NCBI RefSeq assembly: GCF_006345805.1
Contig: NC_043000.1
Coordinates: forward strand, 153,822,001 to 153,886,000
DNA length: 64,000 bases
Reading direction: 5' to 3'
From: Octopus sinensis
Lineage: Eukaryota
Part shown: in pieces, positions 51,627 through 64,000 of the stretch
Layout of the letters: every line of letters begins with the position of its first letter
Position numbering within the stretch: the stretch's first letter is position 1
Position numbers and translations under genes: made by a program
Notes under the pieces: generated by a model
The model's input: only the letters and a program-made list of their open reading frames with translations
The model's database searches: none
Told to the model about the DNA's origin: nothing

Positions 51627-51680
51627 AACCACCTGAAGAATGTCTCTAAGATGTGCTGACACGAAACGATCGTAGTGGTT
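51627..51680 (+). ncRNA. Minimal type I hammerhead ribozyme motif
   Basis: AACCAC CTGAAGA A TGTC..13 nt..GACA C GAAAC GATC GTA GTGGTT; perfect 6-bp stem I, palindromic stem III ACGATCGT, cleavage predicted after 51674. Confidence 0.82.
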
Positions 51681-54089
51681 ATAATTGTTAAATTTTAATT
51701 TATATAAATTATTTTATGTATTGGCTTAAGTCTTTCTTTGTTTGATTTGCATAATAGTGGTTTTGTTTCTAAATTTAATATAATATATATATATATATAT
51801 GTTTGCTATTTCGTTAAGATAAGATCAAGAAAAACGTACTCCATCAAGTGAGATATAAATATTGCTTCGTTTAATGTACGCTGCATTAAAATAAGAGCTA
51901 CTAATAGATGCTTGTCACAGAGTCGTGTGGTAAGGCAAATTTTTGTACAGTGTGCCTTGTGTTTCCAAGCAATCTCCGAGTTCTGAGCACATTGTTATAT
52001 TTGAAAGACAGGACCCTCGTACTTGAGAAACTACGAAAACAAAAATAAGAAGAACGTCGATACAAAAAAAGTGGAATGAGAAGACAAATAGTGAATGAAA
52101 ACTGAAACAAAGGAGAGGAAAGTAAGAAACTAGAGTTACTTATCTTTTGTCCGTAGAAAACATAATTAATCTACCTGGTGTAGAATAATTCAACGAAGAG
52201 GAGTCCAAAGTCTGCGAGAAAGCGGTTCAGTCCGGAGAGGATGGTGTCCTCCAATTCGACAAAAGATATCTGTCCATATGCTTTACTGAAAATTTTGGAT
52301 CTCTGATTAAGTAGTGTGTTGGAGTTCTTGGACCTAAATAGATTGAGCGAATTTCAGCCTATGCATAAATTGCATCTTTTAAATCCATTTACTCATCGCA
52401 CAGCTTTCTCTACAATTCTCCCCTTGATTGTATGTGGTGTGCAGCTGGTCATCAAAGTCCGTACGTTTCTGGCCAACTTAATGGCTTTATTTTTATCGAT
52501 GCGCCACCGGAAAGAAAAGTGATGGTCTGCATCACGTTTTGTAAAATTCCCATTGCATAAACCGGAGTAATCTTCCTTTTGAACTGCGTTATCTTGAAAC
52601 GTAGCTGTTACTTCTACGTCATAGACGACAGTGTTTATCATACACGCCTGGTGAAGTACGCAAGTTTCAAGCTTGACAATTACAACTGGGAGTGGGCTCT
52701 TGGTTGAGGCTGCATATGGTGAGGCTAATATGAAGAACATCGTTACTAGCAAGTTGATTAATTCCTTCCAAACAATATTAATTGCGCGGGCATTTTTATT
52801 TCGTTACGTGAGTTCGCCTCCCAAAGTATTAATTTGCTAACTTCAGTTCCATCGTACGGTGAACATAGCACATATTATTCATTTCTTTTTCTTTGAGTGA
52901 TATCATAAGTTTTCTAACATTTAAATGTATTTTAGCTATGAAATAGTTTTTGATTAATATTCTGCATATTCCTAATAATCTTTGCTGAGCTTTTCGAACA
53001 CTTGAATTTATTCAATGTTTTTTTATTCAATGCCAGGTGGCTTTAAACTAAAAGTTTTCCTATCAGTTTTGTATAACTTTTATACAGAGTTTCTTGTATT
53101 ATTTATTTCGTTACTCTCGTTAAGAATATTATTTTGGTGATACTTCTTTTCACAGTTCTTATATCTGAATACTCGTGTTATAGCAAGGTTTTTGGACCAT
53201 CTCTGATAACTACTGTTTCACATCATATGTATATATATGTGTGTGTATTGTATTAGGTTTTTTAGTTACAGTATTGTACAGAAAACACGCATTGACAGTT
53301 ATTTAGGAAGTCGGCGATAACGAACAAACAGCAAACCATGGGGGATTTGGTGTGTTAGAAATTAAATTTGGGTAACTAGAGAAAAACTTGTCAGGAAACT
53401 TAATATACAAGAGGATGGAAACTAAATTGCTTATTCGAGACTTTTTGATATTCAAAAATCTTTTGGCACGGGGCAGAGTGCATGAAGCAAATTATTGACT
53501 AACCTAGTTGACAACACGGTTTCAACTTCGGGTTGAAATAATTTAGTTCTGTTGTTTTATATCCAATGTGTATTATAAATGAAAAGCTTCATGCTAAACC
53601 GAGAAAATGTAACATTCATAAAAAATGTGTGTGTTTAGTGCTGTAGATTAATATGTAATTTCCCGGTAAAGTGAGATTACGATGCTATTTAAATTCCCAA
53701 TAACTAACACCGTCGAGAAAGACTAGTTAATAGGGGTACCTCTGAGTGTTCCCTCGGCTTCTTAGAAATAGCAGCCAAATCTCACAAGAATTATATTGCA
53801 TTTTTAGCTATATGAATGTAAATGTGCGATAGCTACAATACCTTCGATTATGGATCCACTCAGGGCTAAGTTACGGTTAAAAACTAACATCAGCAAAGAA
53901 TGTTAAAGCAGCATCATTTTGTCTTCTCCCCTGGTATACACAGTCTTTGAAAACAATGATTATTTAAACAGCCTTAAAATCTCTACTAAATACATTAGAT
54001 TAGTTAGTCTCTTCCCTCTTTACTCAAAGTTCAAAACCATCCAAATTACGCTTTATTTTCCTTCTTAAATCGAAAAGATAGCATTAATA

Positions 54090-54278
54090 TATTGGCTGCA
54101 ATTTCGAGGGAAAAGTAAGACGATTACACTCACCCCAGTATTCAGCTAGCACTTATTTTATCGACTCCCGAAAAGCAAAGTCGACCCTAGCGGCATTTGA
54201 ACCCAGAACGTTAACACGGACGAAATACTGTTAAACATTTTGCCTGGTGTGCAAACGATTCTGCCAGCTCACCGCCTT
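54090..54278 (-). mobile_element. SINE family B
   Basis: Core and head ending CTGCCAGCTCACCGCCTT. Confidence 0.8.
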
Positions 54279-54714
54279 ACATGCCACTAATATATTGGAG
54301 TCTATACTTGTAAGAAACAACTTTGTGCATGCTGGAAAAATTCATGATTTAGTCAACCTTAAAGCGATCGATGCAATTGAATACTAGACTGAATAATTCT
54401 TGGTATTTTGTTTGCTGTATGATTGCAGATTCGGTCATTTATAAATTAATACTTGATGAGATAGTAGTGCTTGTTGCAAAAGATAGATTGGCCTTTCGTA
54501 GTCTCTTACATCACTTGTAACATAAAAGATCATTTTAGTGGTGAACGAAATGGCTGTACGTTATGTATCAGTGGCTGGAACAGGATCTCTGTGCAATAGA
54601 AAAGTAGGGTTTTAAAAATAAATTGTAGATTCTATATGTGCACAACCTGTTCAATTTCAATCAGTATAAAAGTTTGGATGAGAAGAACATACGGCTGGTG
54701 CAAACTGGACAATG

Positions 54715-54800
54715 AATGGTTAAACAAAATCATTTACGCGTTTGTCTGTAAATATCTTAAGAAAACTGAAAGACATCTTGGAGAACGTACATATGAAAGA
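54715..54800 (+). pseudogene. Possible GIY-YIG remnant of a Penelope-like element
   Basis: NKIIYAFVCKYLKKTERHLGERTYE resembles IY.F.C..YIG.T.R.L..R..EH with a deletion; short and weak. Confidence 0.3.
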
Positions 54801-55411
54801 GATACATATGTGATTCACTTGCACAAGGATGACAGATTTGATGATTAACAGAATATAAGATCTTGAAAGCAAACCTCAATTATGAGAACAAAATAAACAT
54901 TTGTTTCATGTATATTCGTTGCTAGATCCATGTATATGCGCCATTACATAATACTTACATTTGTCATATCCGCAAGAGACATTACGTTAACCAGCAGCAC
55001 ATCCCTTTCCAAAATTACTAGAATACATGTTATAAACAAACAGATTTCATGAACACAAACTTAAAGAACATACTTGCAAACAAAGATGTATGAGCTAGCA
55101 GTGATTCGAGCAGCCAGCATTAACAATATACTAGATGTGTTATATACTAGATTCGTTACAATTGGCCCTACCACTTTTCTACAAAAGTTGGCCTACTATC
55201 TAGTTGAAAACAAGCAATATTTAGTAGTCTTTGGGGATGATAACGGTGGTTGATGATGGGTAACTAATATGTCTTTTGAGAGTTGGCTTCTTATCGGATC
55301 TATTCCCAGTAGGTCGACAAACTTGTCTAATCTCCTAATTATGCTACGAAGATCCTTCCCCCATTAACCTTTTTTCTTTTTCTGTTTACTTTAGTTATTT
55401 TGCATACATAC

Positions 55412-55482
<71 letters not shown>

Positions 55483-55564
55483 CTTACAGGCATACATATA
55501 CGTATGTATAATATATGTATATAAGGAGAGAGTGTCAAAAATGTGTTGATGTCTAGGCCTGTAC

Positions 55565-55614
<50 letters not shown>

Positions 55615-56678
55615 CTATGTGTGCGTGTATGTGTGTATGTGTATGCATGTGTGTTTAAAGATTGTTGCATTATACATATATTTGTATGTTGAGCGACTGA
55701 AATTGTATTCTATCTATGTTTTGTTCCATTTTGTTGTGTGGCTTTTTTGTTATTTTTCTCCCTTTTTTTTTCAACTCATATACCGCCACGTTGACTATCG
55801 TTTATCAGTATACCCCCTCCTCTCAGACATTAACATCTGATAAACACTATCCCCGGAAATATCAGTTGTTTGTCACGCATGCGCGGTTTATATCTTAAGT
55901 GTTATTTATTAAATTATTTTGTTTAATAGATTGCCATGTATTTTTCTTTCTTTCCTGTTTATTTGTTGTTTAGCTATTTGCATGTATATGTATGAGTGTG
56001 TGTTTATTTTTTGAGAAGCAGAGAGGCTCGGGAGGGGGGGGGTGAATAACATTGCTTAAGATGTGAAAAAAGTACTTTGAGAAGTATTTCTTTGTGAAAA
56101 CAAGGAAATAATGGATTAGGTTACGCCAGATTATTTAATTCATCAGAAAATAAAAGTCGAAATCATCAAAACTATCTTGGCTTTGTATTATAGTTTATCA
56201 TATACTCAATTAAAGGTGATTGGTTAATTAAGCACATTTCTCATGTTGTTTATGAAACAATTACTGAGCTTCGGCTGATCAGAAATTGTAGACAAATCTC
56301 GCTCAAATTATACACTACTGTCGAAAATTGAGGTAAATTATTAGATCATGCAGTCGGACATACCCCAAAAGAGACGTTTCACTTGTGACCAGCTGCTAAA
56401 AGTGTTAGTCACAGTTGAAATACCTTTTGACTATAGGTCTACTCAATGCCGGTTAATCTCGGGTTAAACATCATTCTATTTGCTTCTTAGTTTTTAAGGT
56501 GGTCTGTGCCATTAGAATTGATTTAAATATGAAAGTGTAATAATACTATTAACTTTATTGAATACGAAATGTTGAATAGTATGGTTGGTTACGATGGGAA
56601 TTGAAACTCTGGAACTATAGCCACAAATTGAAATACTGTCACACATGTCAACTACTAATGCAATATATTTAGTTGAAA

Positions 56679-56909
56679 GGCAGTGATCTGGCAGAAACGT
56701 TAGCGCGTCGGGCGAAATGCGTAGCCGTATTTCGGCTGCCGTTACGTTCTGAGTTCAAATTCCGCCGAGATCGACTTTGCCTTACATCCTTTCGGGGTCG
56801 ATAAATTAAGTACCAGTTACGCACTGGGGTTGATGTAATCGACTTAATCCGTTTGTCTGTCCTTGTTTGTCCTCTCTGTGTTTGCCCCCTTGTGGGTGGT
56901 AAAGAAATA
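56679..56909 (+). mobile_element. SINE family B, full length
   Basis: 19-bp TSD GCAATATATTTAGTTGAAA at 56660-56678 and 56910-56928. Confidence 0.95.
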
Positions 56910-57221
56910 GCAATATATTTAGTTGAAACAGACTCTCATTGAAAGCAAGGGTGTTTCTTATTTCTCGCATACAAACAGTCGGTCTCGAAACGCTACACCC
57001 CTCATCTTCTTTCGACATGCGATCTATCCAATTCATAGAGATTTCCTCAAAGTCTATTGTTTTACGTAATATATTTACTCTGGTATTTTATGGAACCTAC
57101 CAACAGCATTGCTCTTATTTTGAGCGTCCCCTTCCTTAATAATGAGTTTCACTTTATTCACCAATAATTATCCGACCGTTGTTGTGTTTGTTTAGCCCCG
57201 AGTCAGATTTGATTAACTTAG

Positions 57222-57657
57222 CTTTCCTTTCTATTATAGGCACAGGGCCTGAAATGTTAGGGGAGGGGAGAAGTCGATTACATCGACCTCAGTGCTCAGC
57301 TGGTACTTATTTTATCGATCACGAAGGAATGAAAGACAAAGTCGAATTCAGCAGAATTTGAACACAGAACGTAAAGACGGACGACATGCCGTTAAGTATT
57401 TTTCCTAGCGTGCTAACGACTCTTATTTCTTTATTACCCACAAGGGGCTACACATAGCGGGGACAAACAAGGACAGACAAAGGTATTAAGTCGATTACAT
57501 CGACCCCAGTGCGTAACTGGTACTTAATTTATCGCCCCCGAAATGATGAAAGGCAAAGTCGACCTCAGTGGAATTTGAACTCAGAACGTAACGTCAGACG
57601 AAATGCCGCTAAGCATTTCACCTGACGTGCTAACGACTCTGCCGGCTCACCGCCTTT
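57222..57657 (-). mobile_element. Two tandem SINE B copies (older subtype then younger subtype)
   Basis: Core occurs twice; junction after GCTAACGACTC at about 57422. Confidence 0.85.
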
Positions 57658-59999
57658 AGCTTGCCTATAATAAAATATATTCCAGCATACGAGGAAGTAT
57701 ATTATCCGAAATCACGTGATTTTTTAAAAATGCTAATGTGTTTCTGATTAAGTTTCTGTTGGTTTGATGACATAGAGGCACACCCGCTGGTACATTATCA
57801 TTTTATTTAATGCTGTCGCGTATTTTTGACATTTAAAACATTTAGGATGAACGAATTTTGTTGTATGTAGTTAACATGGACAAGTATTTAAACTTATGTA
57901 AAACGCTACTTCGTTAATTCACGTTGAAAAACTCTAGCCTACTAATATTTAAAGATGATAAATAATGTCATCCTTGAATAAAATATTGGAAATAAAAAGT
58001 GAGAGATAGATTAAGAAGAGTGGAGAGCAAAAGGAGATAATAAAGGGAAATGGCTCGACCAAGAATCAAAACTACCTCGCAAACGCAAATTTCCTGGAAC
58101 TCACGATCATTTTAAGCGTAAGTGCTTACATTGGAAAGGTATTTAGCCTTAACATGTATTGAATTTTTTTTTCAAATTAATTTACCTGAGAAGTGTTATT
58201 AGTTATTCATGCAAGATCGATGGAGGTGAGGCTCAACGATTACTTCTAGAGATCAATTTTAACTGTAAAATACACGGTAGCGAGAATATACATGTAGAAT
58301 GTTTTCAATTTCTGGATCTAAGAAGTTGCAACTCGGAAAAAGAAAGTCTTGAGAGAAAGATTACTGGGAAAAGTTTTCAGTGTAATCCCTGTAACGTGAC
58401 GTCGGAAAATATATTCTTCGATTCCATAAAAATAGTACGCGTCACCACGAAGAATAAAAAGCGAAATGAAGTGATGGAACAGATGATGGTTTCTGTGTAG
58501 AAAGATATAGCTGTCAAGAATGTGTGATGTTTGAATCTTTGAAGGTCGAAGTTTGAATGCAAAATAGGGTCAGAGAGCTCTAGACAGTTTTTTTTCTGGA
58601 AAAGAAGGATGTGGTGTTTAAAGCAGAGACTGCAGATTGAATCATATCAATGTTAAAGAAGAGAGAAGATTATTGTTTATCGAGTGGGTTGATATGATGA
58701 TACACAATTGTTAGTTCAGGAGAACAGAGACGGTTGTAGCAACGCTAAAATATACACGGCATACTACAGAGCATCAAAACTTTAGTAGCAAAAGAACGAT
58801 TTACACAATGCCATTTGATGTTTAATATACACATACTCGTAATTATCAGATTCACAACCATATACATACCAATGATTTCCATTACTTTGGTTTCAAATAT
58901 CTATTTTAAATTACTCACAGGAATTAAACCAATATAGAAAAGGTTTAAGTTAACAAGTATCTAAAAGAAAGAAAAAAGTTACATGACATACTAACAAGCT
59001 AAATGCTTCCTATGAAACAAAAAAGAAAACTAGAAATATAAAAGAACGTGAGGAAGTTTCTGAAATTTTATTTTATTTTTATCTACTAATCTTTAGCACA
59101 TTTTTTTCATTGAATTCATTCCCTTCCCCCTGATAGGAAAGAATGGAAATGGCTTGAAAATGGAATATATCAAAAACTAAACATTTTAATGTGACAAGGG
59201 AATGCTAATTTCAAATTTGGAAAAAATATATATGCTATAAAATGAACCAGAGTCGTCTTGCTTCATCTTCGTTATCAAATTTAATTACGTTTATTGGGTT
59301 TTCTATTTATTTAACGTTGTAACAACTCAATAACTAATATGGCAGACAACACTCCTGAGAATTGATAAGTAACCCCCATGCCCACTTAACATTTATCCCC
59401 AGCGGTTATCAGGAACGTGGTAGTAAGGGTAGTAAGGAATAATATCGATAATAGTAACGGCAGCTGTTGAGAGTTATTAAAGCTCTGACGAAACGGAATC
59501 TAGCGTTTCAGATATTAATCAACAATACTTTTGTTGGCTTATAGAGCCGGTTGCTTTAATTCTTTTCCTATTTCGTGGATTTTGAAGACGATGTATTATT
59601 GTAAAGCACTGGCATCAAAATGTTTACTAAAACACAATCACATTAAAAATTGAACATATAACATCTAAGTCCGGAGTTCCAAAATATTATGAAAGAACTG
59701 TTTCTAAATATTACTTTGATATTCTTTGATCTGTCTATAATTCACATTTTCTTATTTTAATAAATCTAAAGTCTACAGATTATTAGTTTATTGAAAAACG
59801 TAAATATCAAATAACTTGTAACTTGTTTGTTGGTGACCTTAAGCAACACGCATATATTTTGGTATTTAGAAACAACTTAACCTAATTATTATTGTATCTA
59901 AGAATAAAGAGATGGAATTCGGTAGAATATAGAAGAAGAAGAAGAAGAATTGTAAAACACGTCCCTAATATATGTATGTGTATCCACTATTTTTCAGAA

Positions 60000-60365
60000 G
60001 TCATCCTTTATAAACATATAGATGGTTATCGTAGATAAAAATAGCATAATTACTAGTTATATTTAAGATATGACATCATGGTAGCAGACTTATTCAACAC
60101 CATAATAAAACTTATTGTTTCCTTTATTAACAAAAAAAAACGGCTAAAAATATCTGGATATAGGGAGAATCGTGGCAGAACTAGAAATGTATGCAGGTAT
60201 ATAATAAACATCCTCGGTAACAGCAATATTAAATTGTATCTCTGAAAATATATAATGAAGATATATGCACAAAAATCTTCTTAATTATGTGTTGAATCAT
60301 CATAGAGGTATCGAGATATTCATAGAAGCAGAAATGCCTGGATGGCGAAGAATTCCAGTATGAAG
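60000..60365 (+). mobile_element. Highly decayed 3' end of RLE-type LINE
   Basis: Broken frames MVIVDKN, KISGYRE/IVAELEM, ILNCISENI, EAEMPGWRRI align loosely to the RPD..IVDK, KY..L..E, GAL..I and QK.ALLGTARI motifs. Confidence 0.45.
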
Positions 60366-61550
60366 TAAATATAGAATTTTTTCTGTATTCCTCATGATTC
60401 TCATCTTGTAAGGGAAAGAAATGTAATGTAGCAACTCTTCATCACTGTATTTTTAGTACTTATCGACCCCGTTGGAATAAATGACTTTCTGTACTTTGAT
60501 GAATTGTGATCTAAAAACTGCAAACTATCTACCTCAGCTCAGTATCTACTTGACTGTATTCTCTCTGAAGACAGCAACATAACGACATGCGGTATGAAAA
60601 TGCTCATAAATTATGATGGTATCCAACTGAATTTCAAAATGGCTGCCTAGATTTATACAGAATTTAATAAATGTACTACATATATTAAATGATTATGTCA
60701 TTAGCAAAACTTTGTGAGCAAATTTTTTAAGCAGTCACCGAAATAAAATAAATAATACATGTTCCGTAAGTACATGTAGCTTTACAAGCCCATCATTCGT
60801 GAGGCGCTACGTGTAGGGTAACATTTTGACAAACTGCGCAACTTCAGTAGGGAAACTAATTATAAAACAAACATTAAGAATTTAGGAACATACAAAACAG
60901 TAAAGTCCAACTATGAATCACAGGTGTCCATGTTCATATATGATGAGACATTATGCTATTTTATGTAAAATTACAACCGGCATGAACAAAAGCCTCATCT
61001 CCTAAGGGTAGAGCATCTATCATCACAACCTTCATTGTCGAAACTAGTGCATGCAGCTGCTGCCGACATATTTCTAGACATTTTATTGTCAAAGCAGATG
61101 GCTCTGTCTCTATCAGAGTTGCGGTACTGTCAAGAACCCAGAAGAGTGATAGATAGTGTAAGAGGGAAAAAGACTTATAAGTCCATTATTCTTTTTCGTT
61201 AAGTCAACTGAGATGTAGGTTGAAATTGTAAAGCGAAAAGATATTATTCAGTACTAGATACATCATTAAATACTGCGTCAAACGAATGACACCATAACAA
61301 GAGAGTAAAATATTGGGTAAGAAGCAGAAAAGTTGGATAGAAAAAAATAAAATTGACGAGATTTAGATAGAAAGTAGTAACGTAAAGTGAACAGGATGGC
61401 TTGGGTGTAAACGAAGGCGATAGGTGAGAAAGCAAAAGCAAGTAATGGAGACATATGAGAGATAGGGAGTGAGTTTTCTATGTTGATTCGGAAAGAAAGA
61501 AGTATGAAGACAAAAGAGAGATGACATGATCAAAATTGAGTAAATATAGG

Positions 61551-61926
61551 GGAGCACTCCGTCGGTTACGACGATGAGGGTCACAGCTGATACGATCAAC
61601 GGAACAGCTTGCTCGTGGAATTAACGTGCAAGTAGCTGAGCACTCCACAGACACGTGTACCCTTAACGTAGTTCTCGAGGAGATTCAGCGTGACACAGAG
61701 AGTGACAAGGCTGGCCCTTTGAAATACAGGTACAACAGAAACAGGAAGAAAGAGTGAGAGAAAGTTGTGGTGAAAGAGTACAGCAGGGTTCACCCCCTGC
61801 AGGAGCCTCGTGGAGCTTTAGGTGTTTTCGCTCAATAAACACTCACGATGCCCGGTCTGGGAATCGAAATCGCGATCCTACGACCGCGAGCCCGCTGTCC
61901 TAACCACTGGGCCATTGCGCCTCCAC
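61551..61926 (-). mobile_element. SINE family C, more diverged
   Basis: Full layout with small deletions. Confidence 0.9.
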
Positions 61927-62328
61927 ATTTTTACATCCTATTCAGTAGTTACGAATGCCGACAAACAGAGAGTATATAAGTGGGCAGTTTTCCTTACAGG
62001 CAACTGAAATTCCTGGGATATATATTAGTCGCGGAGTATAGTAGAGTAAATAGAACATAAGGCGTTGCATTTATTCCTTCGTTCCGGTCGTTTCAAGTAT
62101 ACTTGGTTCAGATCTACCATGGATATAATATGATTATAAATAGAAATCATAACGTGATTCAGCAACGATATTTAGGAGTGTAACTTATTTGATATCGTCA
62201 GATATCATATAAATTTGTGCAAGGTGCCTGCAAGACATTAGGCTGTAATCTCTACAGGTAACATAAATTTATATATCCGCCATTGTGCGTACGTCAGCTA
62301 TATATGCATTTCTTCTCCAGATATATAA

Positions 62329-62383
<55 letters not shown>

Positions 62384-62384
<1 letters not shown>

Positions 62385-62746
62385 GTGTCTCTTCTATCTT
62401 TTAATTATTATAAATCTTCCACTGAGGCGGGAGCCGTTTTCCATCAAAGAGACAAGGCTCCATCTTTGGGATGTGGTTAACAACGACAAATTCACATTTG
62501 GAACTTGAGAAAAGTCTTGCATATTTTTACTATTCCACTCACAGATTGATCTTGTAAAGTACGAATTAGCCGGTCATTTTCTCTTTCTGAAAATCCCAGT
62601 TTATCCAGATTCTCCTTTAAGCATTTACTAACAAAACTTGGCGCTCTAATTATTATTGGTATGAGTATGAATTTATAGTCTGGATATAGAAGCTGGAGGT
62701 TTGGAAGCAGTTGTCCATAGACATCCTCCTTTTCTTTGATTTTCAA
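62384..62746 (-). mobile_element. 3' end of RLE-type LINE, same family as 7230-7891
   Basis: ORF KIKEKEDVYGQLL..IVKICKTFLKFQM; 3' UTR alignable with 7245-7500; abuts (TA)n. Confidence 0.85.
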
Positions 62747-64000
62747 AAAGATATGTATCTCTTTTTAAGCTTTAAAGAAAATTTTGGGGAAATATTGTAA
62801 GCGTACTGAGAATTTTCTTTCAATTTCATACATACATACATACATACATACATACATACATACATACATACATACATACATACATGTGTGTGGAGGGAAG
62901 AGAGAGAGAGGTTACTTGTGAGGTCTCTAATGGAATCCAGTACAACCTGTTACATGATCGGTTCACGGGGACTAAACCGGCACCTCCACTAGACATGTCT
63001 GGAGAGACCAGTTGCTAGTAATTCAGCAGGACTAAAAACTAGACCTGATAAAAGGACGGATGAACCTATTGTAGTTTCAATAACTACCTAGCAACATCGC
63101 TGGCCCTCAGAAATTCCGGGTTGGTGTCCGGCGTGCTGGAAGACTACTGGGAGTAAAGCACTTCTTAAAGTATGTCTCTTGAAGGTCACTCTGACATAAA
63201 ACTAGATACGCAGGGAATGACATTGAAATTTTGGGAATCATATTCATGGGTTTGAGGTCATGGGGCTCCCACATTTTTGAGCCTGCGACCATATTAGCAC
63301 TAGATATCTTACCCTGGCTTGTCTCTGGATCATGTCAGTAGGGTGGGGAATGTTTGTGAGGTGCTTGCTGTCAGCCTTCCATCTTACCTCTATCCTACTC
63401 AACGCAAGTGACATACTTCATGTCGCCTATTACACTAACATTTTCCTTGTAAGAATGAAAGAAAAATTTGAAAAGCGAGAAATAGCGAAACCTGTATTCT
63501 GGCAGCTGTGGATATTATCTGTTCTGTTTACAATATAACTGTCAAACTATATTTACGTCTACGTAAAGGTGAAGTCGGTTAGTTCACTTCTATATGGTCA
63601 TTCAACCTTCTGCAAAATGTAGCCAAGTGCTCATTAAATCAAACTTGACTATCTTAAACAGTGAATATAATGGACATACCACAACAAACAAGTTAACTTC
63701 GAGCTCAATCGCTGGGACTCTACGGCTGCTCGAGTACACTCTAGTGCCTTAATTTACGATGCGCATGACAATTTATTCCTACACATCCAGAATAAGGTAT
63801 TACATGTGTTTATGTATGTATGCATGTATGTTATGTACATATACATACATACATATATATGTATACATATATATAAAGAGAGAGAGGGAGAGAGAAAGAG
63901 ACAGGGAAAGAGAGAGATAGACACACATTTATATACACACATACAAATACACGTTTTACTGGTTACACGGTAATTTTCCTTCTTTCTTACTCCTAATCCT

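Noticed and set aside
55832-55868. CTGATAA...GAAATATC hammerhead-like remnant
   Set aside because: G8 mutated, stems I and II do not pair; cannot be supported without a consensus
58159-58500. 113-aa ORF
   Set aside because: TTG start, no motif recognised, length within chance expectation
59485-59511. CTGACGA followed by GAAAC as a hammerhead
   Set aside because: The boxes overlap with no stem II; it is only a small bulged hairpin

Overview
AT-rich, repeat-saturated eukaryotic DNA with no host-gene exon that I can support, so it is intergenic or a very large intron. The repeat families and the density of (TA)n/(CATA)n/(CA)n tracts suggest an octopus-type cephalopod genome; this is inference from recalled family sequences, not a search. 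Contents: about 40 copies or fragments of three tRNA-derived SINE families (A, B, C here); a decayed Tc1/mariner (maT-like) transposon and a mariner-derived MITE; an RTE LINE fragment; several RLE-type (R4/Dong-like) LINE fragments beside microsatellites; a decayed Penelope-like element (RT plus GIY-YIG); and Helitron-like 5' and 3' termini. Almost all listed ORFs are microsatellite or SINE translation artefacts. The main signal the ORF track misses is a set of minimal type I hammerhead ribozyme motifs. Four have complete or near-complete cores (26549-26622 +, 26874-26960 -, 35496-35547 +, 51627-51680 +), one has a core variant (49145-49180 -), and a few more are decayed. Most lie within a few hundred bp of a (TA)n tract, and two converge on the same tract. 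Other notable items are a near-perfect 143-bp palindrome, a fold-back SINE, a tandem SINE array, a triple octamer repeat and a possible templated replacement inside a SINE. Coordinates were read by hand and decayed-element boundaries are approximate.
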